From Candidatus Nanohaloarchaea archaeon (GTDB lineage Archaea > Nanohalarchaeota > Nanosalinia > Nanosalinales > Nanosalinaceae), in NCBI GenBank assembly GCA_013343275.1, contig CP046106.1:576001-640000 (forward strand): a stretch of DNA of 64,000 nucleotides. The letters are read 5' to 3'. Position 1 is the stretch's first letter. The number at the start of each line of letters is the position of its first letter. Positions 34,367 to 44,863 of the stretch are shown one piece after another. Below the pieces are notes generated by a model, which was given only the letters and a program-made list of their open reading frames with translations, was not told where the DNA came from and ran no database searches. The translations under genes and the position numbers were made by a program.

Positions 34367-36637
34367 GTGAAGGTTGAAGACCTTGATATTCCTGAGAGAA
34401 TCAAGCAGGACTACATCGAGGAGGGAATTACAGAGCTGAATCCTCCACAGAGACAAGCCATTAACTCAGGCCTTATGGCGGGTAGCGATATGATTGTCGC
34501 AGCGCCGACGGCCTCCGGGAAAACCTTTATCGCGGAATTAGCGATGGTTAACCAGGTTGTCAAGCAGGACAAAACCGCTGTATACATCGTGCCGTTGAAG
34601 GCTCTGGCCTCTGAGAAGTACCAGGATTTCAGCGAACGCTACGAGAATCTGAACGTCAGGATCTCTGTAGGCGACCTCGACGATGAAGGTAAAGGCCTTG
34701 ACAACGCAGATATAGTGGTAACTACCTCTGAGAAGCTGGATTCCATGCTGAGACATAACCCGAGCTGGATTCACAACATAGGCCTTGTAGTAACGGACGA
34801 AATCCATTTACTGACTTCTCCCGAGAGAGGGCCTACTCTAGAGGTTACATTGACGAGGCTGCGCGAACTCTTAGATTTCCAGATGCTGGGACTTTCCGCT
34901 ACGATCTCCAACTCCTCCGAGCTGGCCAAGTGGCTGGATGCAGAGCTTGTCGAATCAAGCTACAGGCCTGTAGATCTGGAGCATGGAGTCTACTGGCAGA
35001 ACGAGGTAGAGTTCTTCACCGGCGACGAGGACATAGATCAGGCTGAAGACAGTTCAGATGCTCCTGAAGGCTTCAAGACCGGGGCAGAGGTAAAGGAACA
35101 GGAAGATGTGAAAGAGGAAGGCCGTACCGAGTTTATCGATGATGTGCACGGCCGCGGCGTTACAAATATTATTGAAGATACTCTTGAGAAAGAAAAACAG
35201 GCCATTGTGTTCTGTAACTCACGGAAAGGTGCGGAAAAAAGCTCTGACCGGGCTGCAGAAGTTACAGACAACGATATCAGCTATCAGGAGCGTCAGGACC
35301 TGGAGGAGTATGCAGACAGGATTTTGAACGTTCTTGGTTCGCCCACCTCCCAGTGCAAGCGGCTGGCTGAGAATGTTCGGCAGGGCGCAGCCTTTCATCA
35401 TGCAGGATTGACTCAAAAGCAAAGATCTCTAGTTGAGGAAGCATTCAGAGAAGGATTGATCAGGACTGTTTCTGCTACTCCTACTCTGGCTGCTGGAGTT
35501 AATCTCCCGGCTTTCAGAGTTATCATCCGTGATCTAAAGCGTTATACAGGTAGCGGTATGGACTTTATCCCTGTTCTGGAGTATGAGCAGATGACAGGCC
35601 GTGCTGGGAGGCCGAAGTACGATGATCGTGGGGAGGCTATCAGTATTGCGAAGAATCCTGGTATGAAGGATGAGATTCTGGAGAGGTATATCCTGGGTGA
35701 GCCGGAGAGGATTCAGTCGAAGCTGGCTGTTGAACCGGTTCTCAGGATGCATACTCTTTCTCTCGTGGCCTCGAAGTTCTGTACTGATATGGATGAGCTG
35801 TTGAGCTTTTACAAGAAGACTTTCTACGCGCACCAGTTCGAGGAACTCTCAGAAGTTGAGGCCCAGATTCAGGATGTTGTCGACCAGCTGATAGATTACG
35901 GGTTCATGGAGGCCGAGGAAAGCGATCTGGAGGCTACAAAGGTTGGCAGGAGAGTTTCAGAGCTGTATATCGATCCGGATTCTGCGCATAGAATGCTGGA
36001 GTCTCTGGAGAAGGCCGAACAAATGGATGAGACGAGGCCTATCTCCTATCTTTTCATGTTGGCCCGTACTTCGGAGATGAATCCTCCTCTGCGGGTTAAG
36101 GATGATGAATGGAGCGATTACGAGCAGATGTTGATGGATGCTCAGGATTACCTGCTTGAGTCGGTGCCTAATGAGTGGGATGTCGAGTACGAGGCTTTCA
36201 TGAACTCTATGAAGACTGCGGCGATGATGCAGGCCTGGATTGGTGAGAACGATGAGGAGAAGTTGATGAACGAGTTCAATATTGCGCCTGGCGGTATCCG
36301 GGCGAAGATGCGTAACGCTGACTGGCTGGTGTACGCTGCGAAAGAGCTGGCCCGTACAGAGGATATAGATACCGGTAAAGACCTGGAAAAGCTCAGAATA
36401 CGTCTGAAGCATGGTATCAAGGAGGAGTTACTGGGCCTTGTGAAGTACGATCAGATTGGTAGGGTGCGGGCCCGGAAGCTGTACGATAACGGTGTCAGGG
36501 ATAAAGAGGATATCCGTGAAGTTGGTTTTGAGAAGTTGAAGAAGTTGATCGGTAAGCGGACTGCGAAGAAGCTGAAGAAACAGGTCGGCGAGGAGAATAT
36601 CTTTGATCGCGAGAACATTATGGATTATTTCGAGTAA
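34367..36637 (+). CDS. hel308: Ski2-like DNA helicase Hel308/Hjm
   Basis: PTASGKT, DEIH, LSAT, HHAGL, TPTLAAGVNLPA, QMTGRAGRP, RVRARKLY; start placed at GTG 34367 (MKVEDL). Confidence 0.94.
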   Translation: MKVEDLDIPERIKQDYIEEGITELNPPQRQAINSGLMAGSDMIVAAPTASGKTFIAELAMVNQVVKQDKTAVYIVPLKALASEKYQDFSERYENLNVRISVGDLDDEGKGLDNADIVVTTSEKLDSMLRHNPSWIHNIGLVVTDEIHLLTSPERGPTLEVTLTRLRELLDFQMLGLSATISNSSELAKWLDAELVESSYRPVDLEHGVYWQNEVEFFTGDEDIDQAEDSSDAPEGFKTGAEVKEQEDVKEEGRTEFIDDVHGRGVTNIIEDTLEKEKQAIVFCNSRKGAEKSSDRAAEVTDNDISYQERQDLEEYADRILNVLGSPTSQCKRLAENVRQGAAFHHAGLTQKQRSLVEEAFREGLIRTVSATPTLAAGVNLPAFRVIIRDLKRYTGSGMDFIPVLEYEQMTGRAGRPKYDDRGEAISIAKNPGMKDEILERYILGEPERIQSKLAVEPVLRMHTLSLVASKFCTDMDELLSFYKKTFYAHQFEELSEVEAQIQDVVDQLIDYGFMEAEESDLEATKVGRRVSELYIDPDSAHRMLESLEKAEQMDETRPISYLFMLARTSEMNPPLRVKDDEWSDYEQMLMDAQDYLLESVPNEWDVEYEAFMNSMKTAAMMQAWIGENDEEKLMNEFNIAPGGIRAKMRNADWLVYAAKELARTEDIDTGKDLEKLRIRLKHGIKEELLGLVKYDQIGRVRARKLYDNGVRDKEDIREVGFEKLKKLIGKRTAKKLKKQVGEENIFDRENIMDYFE

Positions 36638-37019
36638 AACGTCTTCTGTCCTCCAGAGAGTTCTGCGCTTCATCAAATACCTCTTCAAGATAATCTGATT
36701 TCAGGAACTCCTGTGTATTTGACCATAGGCCTAGATGGTCGAAAGGCTCTGGGAAAATAGATTCTGTTTCCACTGCTTGCTCGCTCTCGAAGTAAAGATC
36801 AAGCTTGTCATCTACCTCATCCAGAGACTCCAGGAGCGATTCGTACACCTCTCTTTCCGTATCTCGGAACACTGCCGCCGTATCCGGATCATCCAGTTCC
36901 TCCAGCCTCTCATCGAGAATACCTTCCAGCACAGAGACATATTCACCTAACTGGTCCTCAGGTACAAGATTCAGAGGCTGCTGATAGCTTTTCAATGAGT
37001 ACTCGCTCCAGTTCGACAT
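36618..37019 (-). CDS. Hypothetical acidic protein
   Basis: 133 aa acidic helical ORF, convergent with hel308. Confidence 0.65.
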   Translation of the reverse strand: MSNWSEYSLKSYQQPLNLVPEDQLGEYVSVLEGILDERLEELDDPDTAAVFRDTEREVYESLLESLDEVDDKLDLYFESEQAVETESIFPEPFDHLGLWSNTQEFLKSDYLEEVFDEAQNSLEDRRRFTRNNP

Positions 37020-37098
37020 ATTAAACCATGTAACAACAGAAATTTTTCTATCTTTCGCCCCAGAAAAAGAAGTAAAGAGTAAATAAGGAGGGCCTTTT

Positions 37099-37968
37099 CT
37101 AGAGTAGGCCCGTGAAGAAATCTACGATCGCTACGACAATTCCTGAGTCGGCGGATTGACTGTCTTTCTCAGTCTTGTTTCCTGTCGCGTTGCCTTTTTC
37201 AGGGGTGTAGGATTCATTTCCTGTGCTCTTTGTGTCTTCTGTTGCATTGGTTGAATCCTGTGTCTGTTCCTGTTCTGTCTGGTTGCCCTCTTCTGTTGAG
37301 TCAGCTGTCTCGTTGGTTGTCTGATCAGAAGTGGTGTCGTCGCTGGTTGTGTCGTCAGTGGACTGTTCTGACGTGTTTTGATCTGTAGAGTCCTGTGTCT
37401 GTGAGTCCCGGGTTGTGTCTATCTCGTTGTCTGTAGTTGTATCTTCTGAATCTGTGTCCTTCTGTCCAAGATATGTTGTCAGAAGTGTCGAGGTCGAGGT
37501 TCCTGTCCTGCTGTCCTCAACTGTACCTGTAAATGATAGCTCCATACTCTCGTTAGGATAAGTTACTGTAACATCTACAGAAGCTGTTGTATCGACGTTG
37601 TCTGCGTCGCTTGGACTTACGGAGAAAGTTACTGTCTCTGTAACTGTGTCGTTGTCGACTCCGTTAACCAGTTCCGCCGAGCTGCTGATCGAGACGTTCT
37701 TGATAGAGGCCTGGTTGACAGAGATATTGCCTTCAAGGACCTCCGGGAAATGGATGTAGAATGTATCTGTATCTCCATCAGCACTCAGATTGTTAACGTC
37801 GAAGACAACTTCCTGGTTGCTTACAGTCTCGCCAGGCACTGGATTCGCCGGTTCAAGGCTGGCATCGCCGAAAGTTGCTGAAGTTGCAAGGCCCGCAAGC
37901 AAAGCGAAAGAAAAGGCCATTGCGGAAAGTTTGAATACATTACCGAAAGTTCCTGTCGAATTTTCCAT
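37099..37968 (-). CDS. Exported cell-surface protein with Thr/Asp-rich linker
   Basis: Signal peptide, beta-rich domain, T/D/S-rich stalk, C-terminal GIVVAIVDFFTGLL; several N-x-S/T sequons. Confidence 0.75.
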   Translation of the reverse strand: MENSTGTFGNVFKLSAMAFSFALLAGLATSATFGDASLEPANPVPGETVSNQEVVFDVNNLSADGDTDTFYIHFPEVLEGNISVNQASIKNVSISSSAELVNGVDNDTVTETVTFSVSPSDADNVDTTASVDVTVTYPNESMELSFTGTVEDSRTGTSTSTLLTTYLGQKDTDSEDTTTDNEIDTTRDSQTQDSTDQNTSEQSTDDTTSDDTTSDQTTNETADSTEEGNQTEQEQTQDSTNATEDTKSTGNESYTPEKGNATGNKTEKDSQSADSGIVVAIVDFFTGLL

Positions 37969-38055
37969 AGGTTTGCACCAATATAGCAAGAAAAAGTATA
38001 GGCCGCCAACCTTAAGTTAGTTGGCAGATAGAGCAGAAAGAAGCTTGCTAGAGGC

Positions 38056-38913
38056 CTATAAAGCCCTCTCCTCTATCCTTTCAACCATGTCGGGGTGGCC
38101 GGCGAAGAAAGGGGTTCTCTGATGAATATCGTCAACCTGTACATCCAGCACCGATCTATCACCGTTACTTGAGGCGCTTCCTGCAGTCTCAGCAATGAAA
38201 GCCATCGGGTTGCCCTCGAAAAGTATCCGGTACTTGCCGTTATCGTAGCCTTCCTTCGCAGGATAGCCAAATACCCCGCCGTGGTGCAGCATCTGGTTGA
38301 AGTCGCCGACGAGCGAGCCACCGTAACGGAGCTTGAACTCATCCGAGAACTCTTCTTCTAACTCCTCGAAACTTTCAAACCAGGACTTGTTACCGCCGAA
38401 ACCGTACGTCTTCTTGCCTTCAATCTCTACATCCTCGCTCGCCAGATAGAGATTAACTTCATCACCAGAACTTTCCTCAACAACGTACTCATCTACCTGG
38501 CCGTTCCTTGCGACAGTAACAGTTGTCAGAGGTCCGTAGAGAATGTAAAATGCAGCTACAAGATCCTCACCGCTGCAGGGTAGCACTCCATCGTAGATAC
38601 CGACAATTGTTCCTACAAGATTATTTGTCGGAATGTTAGAAGAGCCATCCAGTGGATCGATGGCCACGGAAAGGCCTTCACCACAATCAGTTACTTCATG
38701 CTCTTCCTCCGATGCAAACTGGCCTACTCCTTCGATAGAGGTTATCTTCTCCTTGAAAAATTCGTTGGCCCATACATCGGCCTCCATCATTTTCTCATCC
38801 GAAGGATTTTCTTCCCCAACGTACTCTCTGCGGTGCATCAGGCCCGAGGAAATATGTGGTACGGCCTCGGCTACTTTCTGGATTAATTCGTCGACCACAT
38901 CTTCTTTTTCCAT
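38056..38913 (-). CDS. fbp: Fructose-1,6-bisphosphatase class I
   Basis: ASEE, DPLDGSSN, LRYGGSLVGD, GKYRILFEGNP. Confidence 0.94.
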   Translation of the reverse strand: MEKEDVVDELIQKVAEAVPHISSGLMHRREYVGEENPSDEKMMEADVWANEFFKEKITSIEGVGQFASEEEHEVTDCGEGLSVAIDPLDGSSNIPTNNLVGTIVGIYDGVLPCSGEDLVAAFYILYGPLTTVTVARNGQVDEYVVEESSGDEVNLYLASEDVEIEGKKTYGFGGNKSWFESFEELEEEFSDEFKLRYGGSLVGDFNQMLHHGGVFGYPAKEGYDNGKYRILFEGNPMAFIAETAGSASSNGDRSVLDVQVDDIHQRTPFFAGHPDMVERIEERAL

Positions 38914-38914
38914 T

Positions 38915-39694
38915 TTAATCCTCGAAGATTACTTCCTCAAGCTGGTCAAGCAGTTCTTCCGGGTTCTCACGCTGGAAGATATTCCTTCCGACAGCAAGGC
39001 CGTTTCCGCCCGCGTCTATCACGCTCTGAACATCTTCAATGAAGGCCTCGTCGCTTCTCTTGGATCCTCCAGACATAACTGTTTTCATCTCACCGGTTAC
39101 ACGTTCAACTTCCTCCCAGTGCTCCTGTTTGCCCGGGTACTTGCATTTTACCATGTCTGCGCCAAGCTCAAGGCCGAGCCTTGCTGCGTACGCAATTAGA
39201 TCAGGGTCTTTCTGGCCGGAGTAGTCGGAGTTCTGAACTCCTTTTCCTCTTGGATAGGCCCACATTACTACCGGTACACCGTATTTCCGGGCCTCTTCCT
39301 GTACTTCTCGGAACTCCTTCCACATCTGGTCCTCGTGAATGCTTCCTGCGTACATCGTGTATCCCACTGCGTCAGCTCCCAGTTCTTCGACCGCATACTC
39401 CACGCTGCACTGTTTCGGACTGTAGTAGTCCTCTCTTTCTGGCAGGGCCGAGTTACCGTTTAACTTGAGAAGCAGATTTACTTCGTCGCGGTACTCCGGA
39501 TAGTATGTCTCCGCTACTCCCTTCTGAACCGCCACACATGTTACAGCATCGTGGCGGCCGACCTCGAAAACGTGTCTTGGATCAGCACTTTCAGGCTGCG
39601 GTTCGAAATCCGTAGGCCCATGCTCTGTTCCATGGTCATAAGCCAGGATTAGGGAGTTACCATTGCGGAAGATAGTATCGTTATCGAATTTCAT
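38915..39694 (-). CDS. fba: Class I fructose-bisphosphate aldolase (DhnA/FbaB type)
   Basis: LAYDHGTEHGP, WAYPRG, ELGADMVK, SGG, AVGRNIFQ. Confidence 0.92.
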   Translation of the reverse strand: MKFDNDTIFRNGNSLILAYDHGTEHGPTDFEPQPESADPRHVFEVGRHDAVTCVAVQKGVAETYYPEYRDEVNLLLKLNGNSALPEREDYYSPKQCSVEYAVEELGADAVGYTMYAGSIHEDQMWKEFREVQEEARKYGVPVVMWAYPRGKGVQNSDYSGQKDPDLIAYAARLGLELGADMVKCKYPGKQEHWEEVERVTGEMKTVMSGGSKRSDEAFIEDVQSVIDAGGNGLAVGRNIFQRENPEELLDQLEEVIFED

Positions 39695-39801
39695 AATACG
39701 AAGTATTACGTTTGGCTGAATTTTAATCTTGCGGAGGCCCGTGATATTCCTGCCTTTTTACCAATCTTTAAAATCTAGCTAGAGCCAAATTTATCTTAAC
39801 G

Positions 39802-41007
39802 ATGCCCGACTCCGATTACGAACCTGATATAGAGACAGGCGCAGACACATTACTGGATTTCCTGGAAGAGAAGTCAAAATACCCTGTCTCACAGATTTCT
39901 GAAGATCTCGGTATACCAGAGGATCAGGTGGAGAGATGGGCAAAAGCTCTCGAGAAAAGCGGCCTTGTAAGCATTGATTACTCCGCGATAAAGGGCATGG
40001 TTCTGGAATATGCCTCCGATAAGTCTGTAGAAGAACTTAACAGAGGTAGACACGAGCTTTCGCTGGAGACAGATAGCGTTGAAATCAATGTAGAGGAGAT
40101 TGAGGAAGAGGAGGGCGAAGTTGAGAGCAGCGGAAACAGCAGCGAGGCTGGCTTCGTAGAGAAAGATGAAGGAGAAGAGGAAGATACAGAAGGGAAAGAT
40201 ACTAGTGAAGATTCCTCTGAGAGCAGCAAACCTTCTGCAACAGATTCCGGAGATCAGGAGTCAGATGAACCTGGGTCAGATAGCAGCCAGGAAGATCAGA
40301 GTATAGAATTTGGCCCGGAAGGAGAGCACGAAGGAACCGAAAAAAGCAAAGATGATACTAATGGTTCTCCAGCAGGAGAAGGTCCTGATGTAGATATTTC
40401 AGCCGAAGAGAGCGATTCCGGGGAGTCCGACAGCCCCGGAGTTACTATGAAGGCCAAGAAGGCCATGCTGAACAAGCTTAAAGGAAAAAGCAAAGATAGT
40501 TCTAAGAGCAAGTCTTCCGAAAAATCCCGATCTGGCGAAGGAGAAAACACTGTCCAGAAGGATTCTGGAAGCCAGAGTTCCGGAGAGAGCGAGGTTTCTG
40601 ATAAGATAGATTCTGATCTATCTCATATCAAGAGTAAGAGTTCTGGAAAGTACAGTTCTGAGGAGGATATTGACTGGAATCCTGGCGAGAATATTCAGGA
40701 AGTGGATCAGAATATAAAGGAGCTATCGGATCTGCTTACAGACCCAGAGGTAGATGACGATGAGGTATATGATAGGATAGACTATCAGACAGAGGTGCTG
40801 AAGGACAAGTTGAAGGAGAAGCCTCTTTCAGAAAGGGATAACGAGGAGGAGCTCAGGGACGATATTACGGAAACGATCGAGACCTTAAACAAGAAGATTA
40901 GTGAGTCCGGAAGCCTCAGAAACCGTTTGAAGTCTTTAATACGTACTATCAAGGCTTATCTGGCTAAATTTGTTAATGCTATAGGGATACAGAAGGTGGA
41001 TGAATAA
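39802..41007 (+). CDS. Hypothetical acidic protein with N-terminal winged-helix-like domain and long disordered region
   Basis: ETGADTLLDFL...ISEDLG...VERWAKALEKSGLV; TAATG coupling to the pilus ATPase. Confidence 0.7.
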   Translation: MPDSDYEPDIETGADTLLDFLEEKSKYPVSQISEDLGIPEDQVERWAKALEKSGLVSIDYSAIKGMVLEYASDKSVEELNRGRHELSLETDSVEINVEEIEEEEGEVESSGNSSEAGFVEKDEGEEEDTEGKDTSEDSSESSKPSATDSGDQESDEPGSDSSQEDQSIEFGPEGEHEGTEKSKDDTNGSPAGEGPDVDISAEESDSGESDSPGVTMKAKKAMLNKLKGKSKDSSKSKSSEKSRSGEGENTVQKDSGSQSSGESEVSDKIDSDLSHIKSKSSGKYSSEEDIDWNPGENIQEVDQNIKELSDLLTDPEVDDDEVYDRIDYQTEVLKDKLKEKPLSERDNEEELRDDITETIETLNKKISESGSLRNRLKSLIRTIKAYLAKFVNAIGIQKVDE

Positions 41008-42515
41008 TGGGAGAAGTAAAGCAACAGTATGAAGTAATAGCAGATCATGTACCTGCGGAAATTACTATAGAAGAGGAACCTGAGGAGTACGTCCTTAGGT
41101 ATAGGTTAAAGAGGCCGCAACCCAGCGTAGCTACAGAGGCACTACTTGACAGCGTTAGAGAAGAGGTAATTAACAAGGTTGATATTAATACCGATCAGCT
41201 GGATGACTCGGAGAACCTTAGCAAGACCAGAGAGATCTTCCGGGATAAAGCTGAAGAACTGCTCAAAGAGGAGCTCCCGGAGACAGATGACGAGAGAATT
41301 GAGGCTATGGTCGGCAATCTCATACATAGCATGCTCGGCCTTGGAGACGTGGAGATTCTCCTGAACGATAACCATCTCGAGGAAATCGTAATTAACAGCA
41401 GCGAGGAGCCAGCCTGGGTATATCACAAGGAGCTTGGATGGATGAAGACAGATATCACGTTCGAGAGCGAGGAGGAGATCTACAACTACGCCTCAGAGAT
41501 CGGAAGAGGAGTAGGTAAGAATATTTCCTCACTACATCCACTGTTAGACGCTCACCTGCCTTCTGGAGACAGAACAAATGCTACAATAAGTCCGATCTCC
41601 ACACAGGGGAACACAGTCACAATCAGAAAGTTTGCACGCGATCCATGGACAATCACCGACTTCATCGATATAGGGACCATCGATAAAGACGTAGCAGCAT
41701 TTCTCTGGCTATGCATACAGTACGAAATGAACATAATTGTATCAGGAGGTACAGGAGCCGGTAAGACATCACTGCTAAACGTTCTGACGCCTTTCATACC
41801 GCCAAACCAGAGAATTGTATCCATCGAGGACACAAGAGAGATCTCGCTACCAGAGTTCCTTCACTGGGTGCCTCTAACGACGAGAGAGGCAAATCCAGAG
41901 GGCCAGGGAGAGGTGTCAATGCAGGATCTGCTTGTAAACTCTCTGCGTATGCGTCCAGACCGCATACTGGTAGGAGAGATCCGACGTAAGAAACAGGCGG
42001 AAGTACTTTTCGAAGCAATGCAGACCGGCCACTCAGTATACTCAACGCTGCACGCAGACACTGCAGAGACCACAATCAAGAGAATGACCAACCCCCCAAT
42101 AGATGTACCTGAGACAGTTGTAGAGGCTGTCGACCTGAACGTAGTCATGTTCCGTGACCGTAGAAGAAACTTCCGACGTGTACTTGAAGTGGCGGAGATA
42201 CTTGAAGATGACGAAGAGGAAGGCCTAGACGCGAACAAACTCTACACCTGGGACTCAAAAGAGGATGAAATACATAGAGAGAACGACTCCAAGGAGATCA
42301 TGGATAAACTTGAGATGCTTACCGGCCTGGATCAGGACGAACTGATGGATAACCTGCGGGAGAAACGGCAGGTTCTCTCCTGGATGATAGAACACGAGGT
42401 AGACTCTGTGGAAGGAGTAGGCCGTGTAGTGGCAGAGTACTACTCCCACCAGGACAAAGTCGTTGAGGCAGCCGAGCAAAACAAAGATCCATCGGAGATT
42501 ACACGCGGGGGCTGA
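41007..42515 (+). CDS. Type IV pilus assembly ATPase (VirB11/TadA-like)
   Basis: LEEIVIN, IRKF, GGTGAGKT, IEDTRE, LRMRPDRILVGEIR, TGH..STLHA. Confidence 0.93.
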   Translation: MGEVKQQYEVIADHVPAEITIEEEPEEYVLRYRLKRPQPSVATEALLDSVREEVINKVDINTDQLDDSENLSKTREIFRDKAEELLKEELPETDDERIEAMVGNLIHSMLGLGDVEILLNDNHLEEIVINSSEEPAWVYHKELGWMKTDITFESEEEIYNYASEIGRGVGKNISSLHPLLDAHLPSGDRTNATISPISTQGNTVTIRKFARDPWTITDFIDIGTIDKDVAAFLWLCIQYEMNIIVSGGTGAGKTSLLNVLTPFIPPNQRIVSIEDTREISLPEFLHWVPLTTREANPEGQGEVSMQDLLVNSLRMRPDRILVGEIRRKKQAEVLFEAMQTGHSVYSTLHADTAETTIKRMTNPPIDVPETVVEAVDLNVVMFRDRRRNFRRVLEVAEILEDDEEEGLDANKLYTWDSKEDEIHRENDSKEIMDKLEMLTGLDQDELMDNLREKRQVLSWMIEHEVDSVEGVGRVVAEYYSHQDKVVEAAEQNKDPSEITRGG

Positions 42516-42518
42516 CGT

Positions 42519-43361
42519 ATGGAGCTTAACTCCGAAAAACTTCTTCTACCGCTGGCCCAGAAGTCACACAAAGCTGTTCCACAGCTTGAAAGAGATCTGA
42601 TGACGGCAAGGATTGATCAGGAGCCAGAAGAATACCTTTCAGATGCAATCTCCAAGTCATTCAAAGTCGGCATACCTTCAGGCCTCAGCCTGTTATTCGC
42701 TGGCTACAACATAAGCAACCAGACAATGATGCTGATGGGTGCAGCGGCACTACCTCTGCTGACGATAATGGCCTTCCTGACTTTTGCCAACTACCCGAAA
42801 ATCCAGACTAACAAGAGAACCCGTAAACTCGAAAAGGACCTTCCATACGCACTTAGAGACATGCTTATCGAAGTTAAATCAGGCATCCCATTATACGATG
42901 CAATGCAGACCGTTACAGAGGGATATGGGGAGGCCTCCGAAGAGTTCCAGAGGATTGTAAGAGATATTGACGGAGGTAAATCAATGGTAAAGGCCCTTGA
43001 AGAATCCATTGTTAGAAACCCTAGTGAGGAGTACCGCCGGGCCATGTGGCAGCTCAACAACTCTATAAAATCCGGGACAGATGTGGCCCTGGCGCTGGAT
43101 TCGATCGTAGATTCTATTATCAAGAAACAGAAGCTGCAGATCAAGAAATACGGTAAAGAACTTAATCCATATATCCTTATCTACCTGCTAATCGCTGTTA
43201 TTGGGCCTAGCCTAGGAATTACAGGCCTGATCGTAATCTCCAGCTTCACAGGCACCAAAGTAGGAACAACTACATACGCAGGAATACTTGGAGGAATGAT
43301 AGTCTTCCAGCTGTTCTTCCTCAACCTGATTAAATCCAAGAGACCGGAGGTAAAAGCATGA
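42519..43361 (+). CDS. Type II secretion F-domain / TadC-like platform protein
   Basis: LPYALRDM...SG..L, EF.RIV, TM helices; follows the ATPase. Confidence 0.85.
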   Translation: MELNSEKLLLPLAQKSHKAVPQLERDLMTARIDQEPEEYLSDAISKSFKVGIPSGLSLLFAGYNISNQTMMLMGAAALPLLTIMAFLTFANYPKIQTNKRTRKLEKDLPYALRDMLIEVKSGIPLYDAMQTVTEGYGEASEEFQRIVRDIDGGKSMVKALEESIVRNPSEEYRRAMWQLNNSIKSGTDVALALDSIVDSIIKKQKLQIKKYGKELNPYILIYLLIAVIGPSLGITGLIVISSFTGTKVGTTTYAGILGGMIVFQLFFLNLIKSKRPEVKA

Positions 43362-44335
43362 GCAGATCACTTATCAAAGGCATATTTGAGCTAAATCCTC
43401 AGGCCTTCAAGGACACTGTTGAAGAAGAGGCAAAGTACGCAGACATAGAGGACTACGAGCACACAAGCCTGTACCTCAGCCTCCTAGGGATATTTATATC
43501 AGGAGTAATTGCTGCCCTGATACCTATGTCGCTCAAGGTCAAAGCAGGCATATTTATAGGCCTGGGAAGTATATCCTACTTCTTTACCCCTTATATTGTA
43601 ATATCTCTACTGGCTCAGAAGAGAAAGAACGAGATGGAGAGAGTCCTACCAGATGCACTGCTCCTCATAAGTACAAACCTGAAGTCAGGCTCCAGCATTA
43701 ACCGTGCATTCCTTATCAGCGCGAGAGACGAGTTTGGGCCTCTTGCAGATGAACTAAGGAAGACTGCAATAGAAATCTCCGGAGGTAAGTCAGTTACAGA
43801 AGCACTTGACTCCATGAGAGAAAGAGTTAAGTCAGAACTGTTCGCAGATACTCTGAAAGTACTTTCAGATGCTCTTGAGTCAGGAGGTAATACAGCAGAG
43901 CTGCTGGAGTCAAGTGCAGATGATATAAGGAGCTCTCTAGAGCTTAGAGAGGAAATACAGTCCAGTATCCGTATGTACGTCATGTTTATCCTTATGGCTG
44001 CAGTAGTTGGCGCACCAATCCTCTTCTCAATCACCGTATACATGTCCCAGACTACCAGTCAGATGTGGGAGCAGACCAATCTGCAGGATGCCAACCAGTT
44101 CGCATCAGGGGGAACCGGAGGTCTCTCCTTCTCACAGCCACAGGTAAACACAGAATTCCTGATCTTCTTCTCGATTGCTGCCCTCATAATATCCAACAGC
44201 TTTGCAGGAATGATAATTTCGCAGATCAAAAACGGAAACATACGTGAAGGTGCTAAATACATACCCTTCACAGTCACTATATCCGTAGCTATATTCCTGG
44301 GTGTTAAGACTGCTGTAACCACAGCTCTCGGATGA
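43358..44335 (+). CDS. Type II secretion F-domain / TadC-like platform protein (second copy)
   Basis: LPDALLLISTNLKSG, FGPLADEL, SGG..AELL. Confidence 0.87.
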   Translation: MSRSLIKGIFELNPQAFKDTVEEEAKYADIEDYEHTSLYLSLLGIFISGVIAALIPMSLKVKAGIFIGLGSISYFFTPYIVISLLAQKRKNEMERVLPDALLLISTNLKSGSSINRAFLISARDEFGPLADELRKTAIEISGGKSVTEALDSMRERVKSELFADTLKVLSDALESGGNTAELLESSADDIRSSLELREEIQSSIRMYVMFILMAAVVGAPILFSITVYMSQTTSQMWEQTNLQDANQFASGGTGGLSFSQPQVNTEFLIFFSIAALIISNSFAGMIISQIKNGNIREGAKYIPFTVTISVAIFLGVKTAVTTALG

Positions 44336-44367
44336 ATAATATAAAGGAGCTAAACCTAGAATAAGAC

Positions 44368-44838
44368 ATGACCATGGACTATTTCAACCAGACCCGTAAA
44401 GGTCAGTCCGCAATTGAGTATCTGACCACTTACGGTTGGATGCTTTTGGTCGTCGCTATTGTAGGAGGAGCAATCTTCACAACAGTACAGGGACAGACAA
44501 ATATCTCAAACTCGTCTGGTTTCTCTAACGCAGACGTGAGAATCTCCCAATTTGGAATGACTTCTGACGGGCTATCAGTTGAATTTAGGGCTGCTGCATC
44601 ACAGGCAGTAACAATCAACCAAGTAAATATCACCGAAGAAGGTACTCCAACAAATGGGATGAACAGGACAGGGTTAAGCATAACCATTCCTGTCGGAGAA
44701 ACCAAGACTGTCCAGTTCGATAACTTCACAGAGGGCAACACCCAAAGAACCTACAATGTTGACGTAGTTTACGACAGCGGCGGTATACCAGACCTAATAG
44801 TATCGGGTACAATCACAGGTACTATGACAACCAACTAG
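44368..44838 (+). CDS. Type IV pilin (probable major pilin), class III signal peptide
   Basis: RKG|QSAIEYLTTYGWMLLVVAIVGG; own TATA-like element (ATATAAAG) upstream. Confidence 0.88.
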   Translation: MTMDYFNQTRKGQSAIEYLTTYGWMLLVVAIVGGAIFTTVQGQTNISNSSGFSNADVRISQFGMTSDGLSVEFRAAASQAVTINQVNITEEGTPTNGMNRTGLSITIPVGETKTVQFDNFTEGNTQRTYNVDVVYDSGGIPDLIVSGTITGTMTTN

Positions 44839-44863
44839 AATTAAATATCCTTTTTCTTTATTC

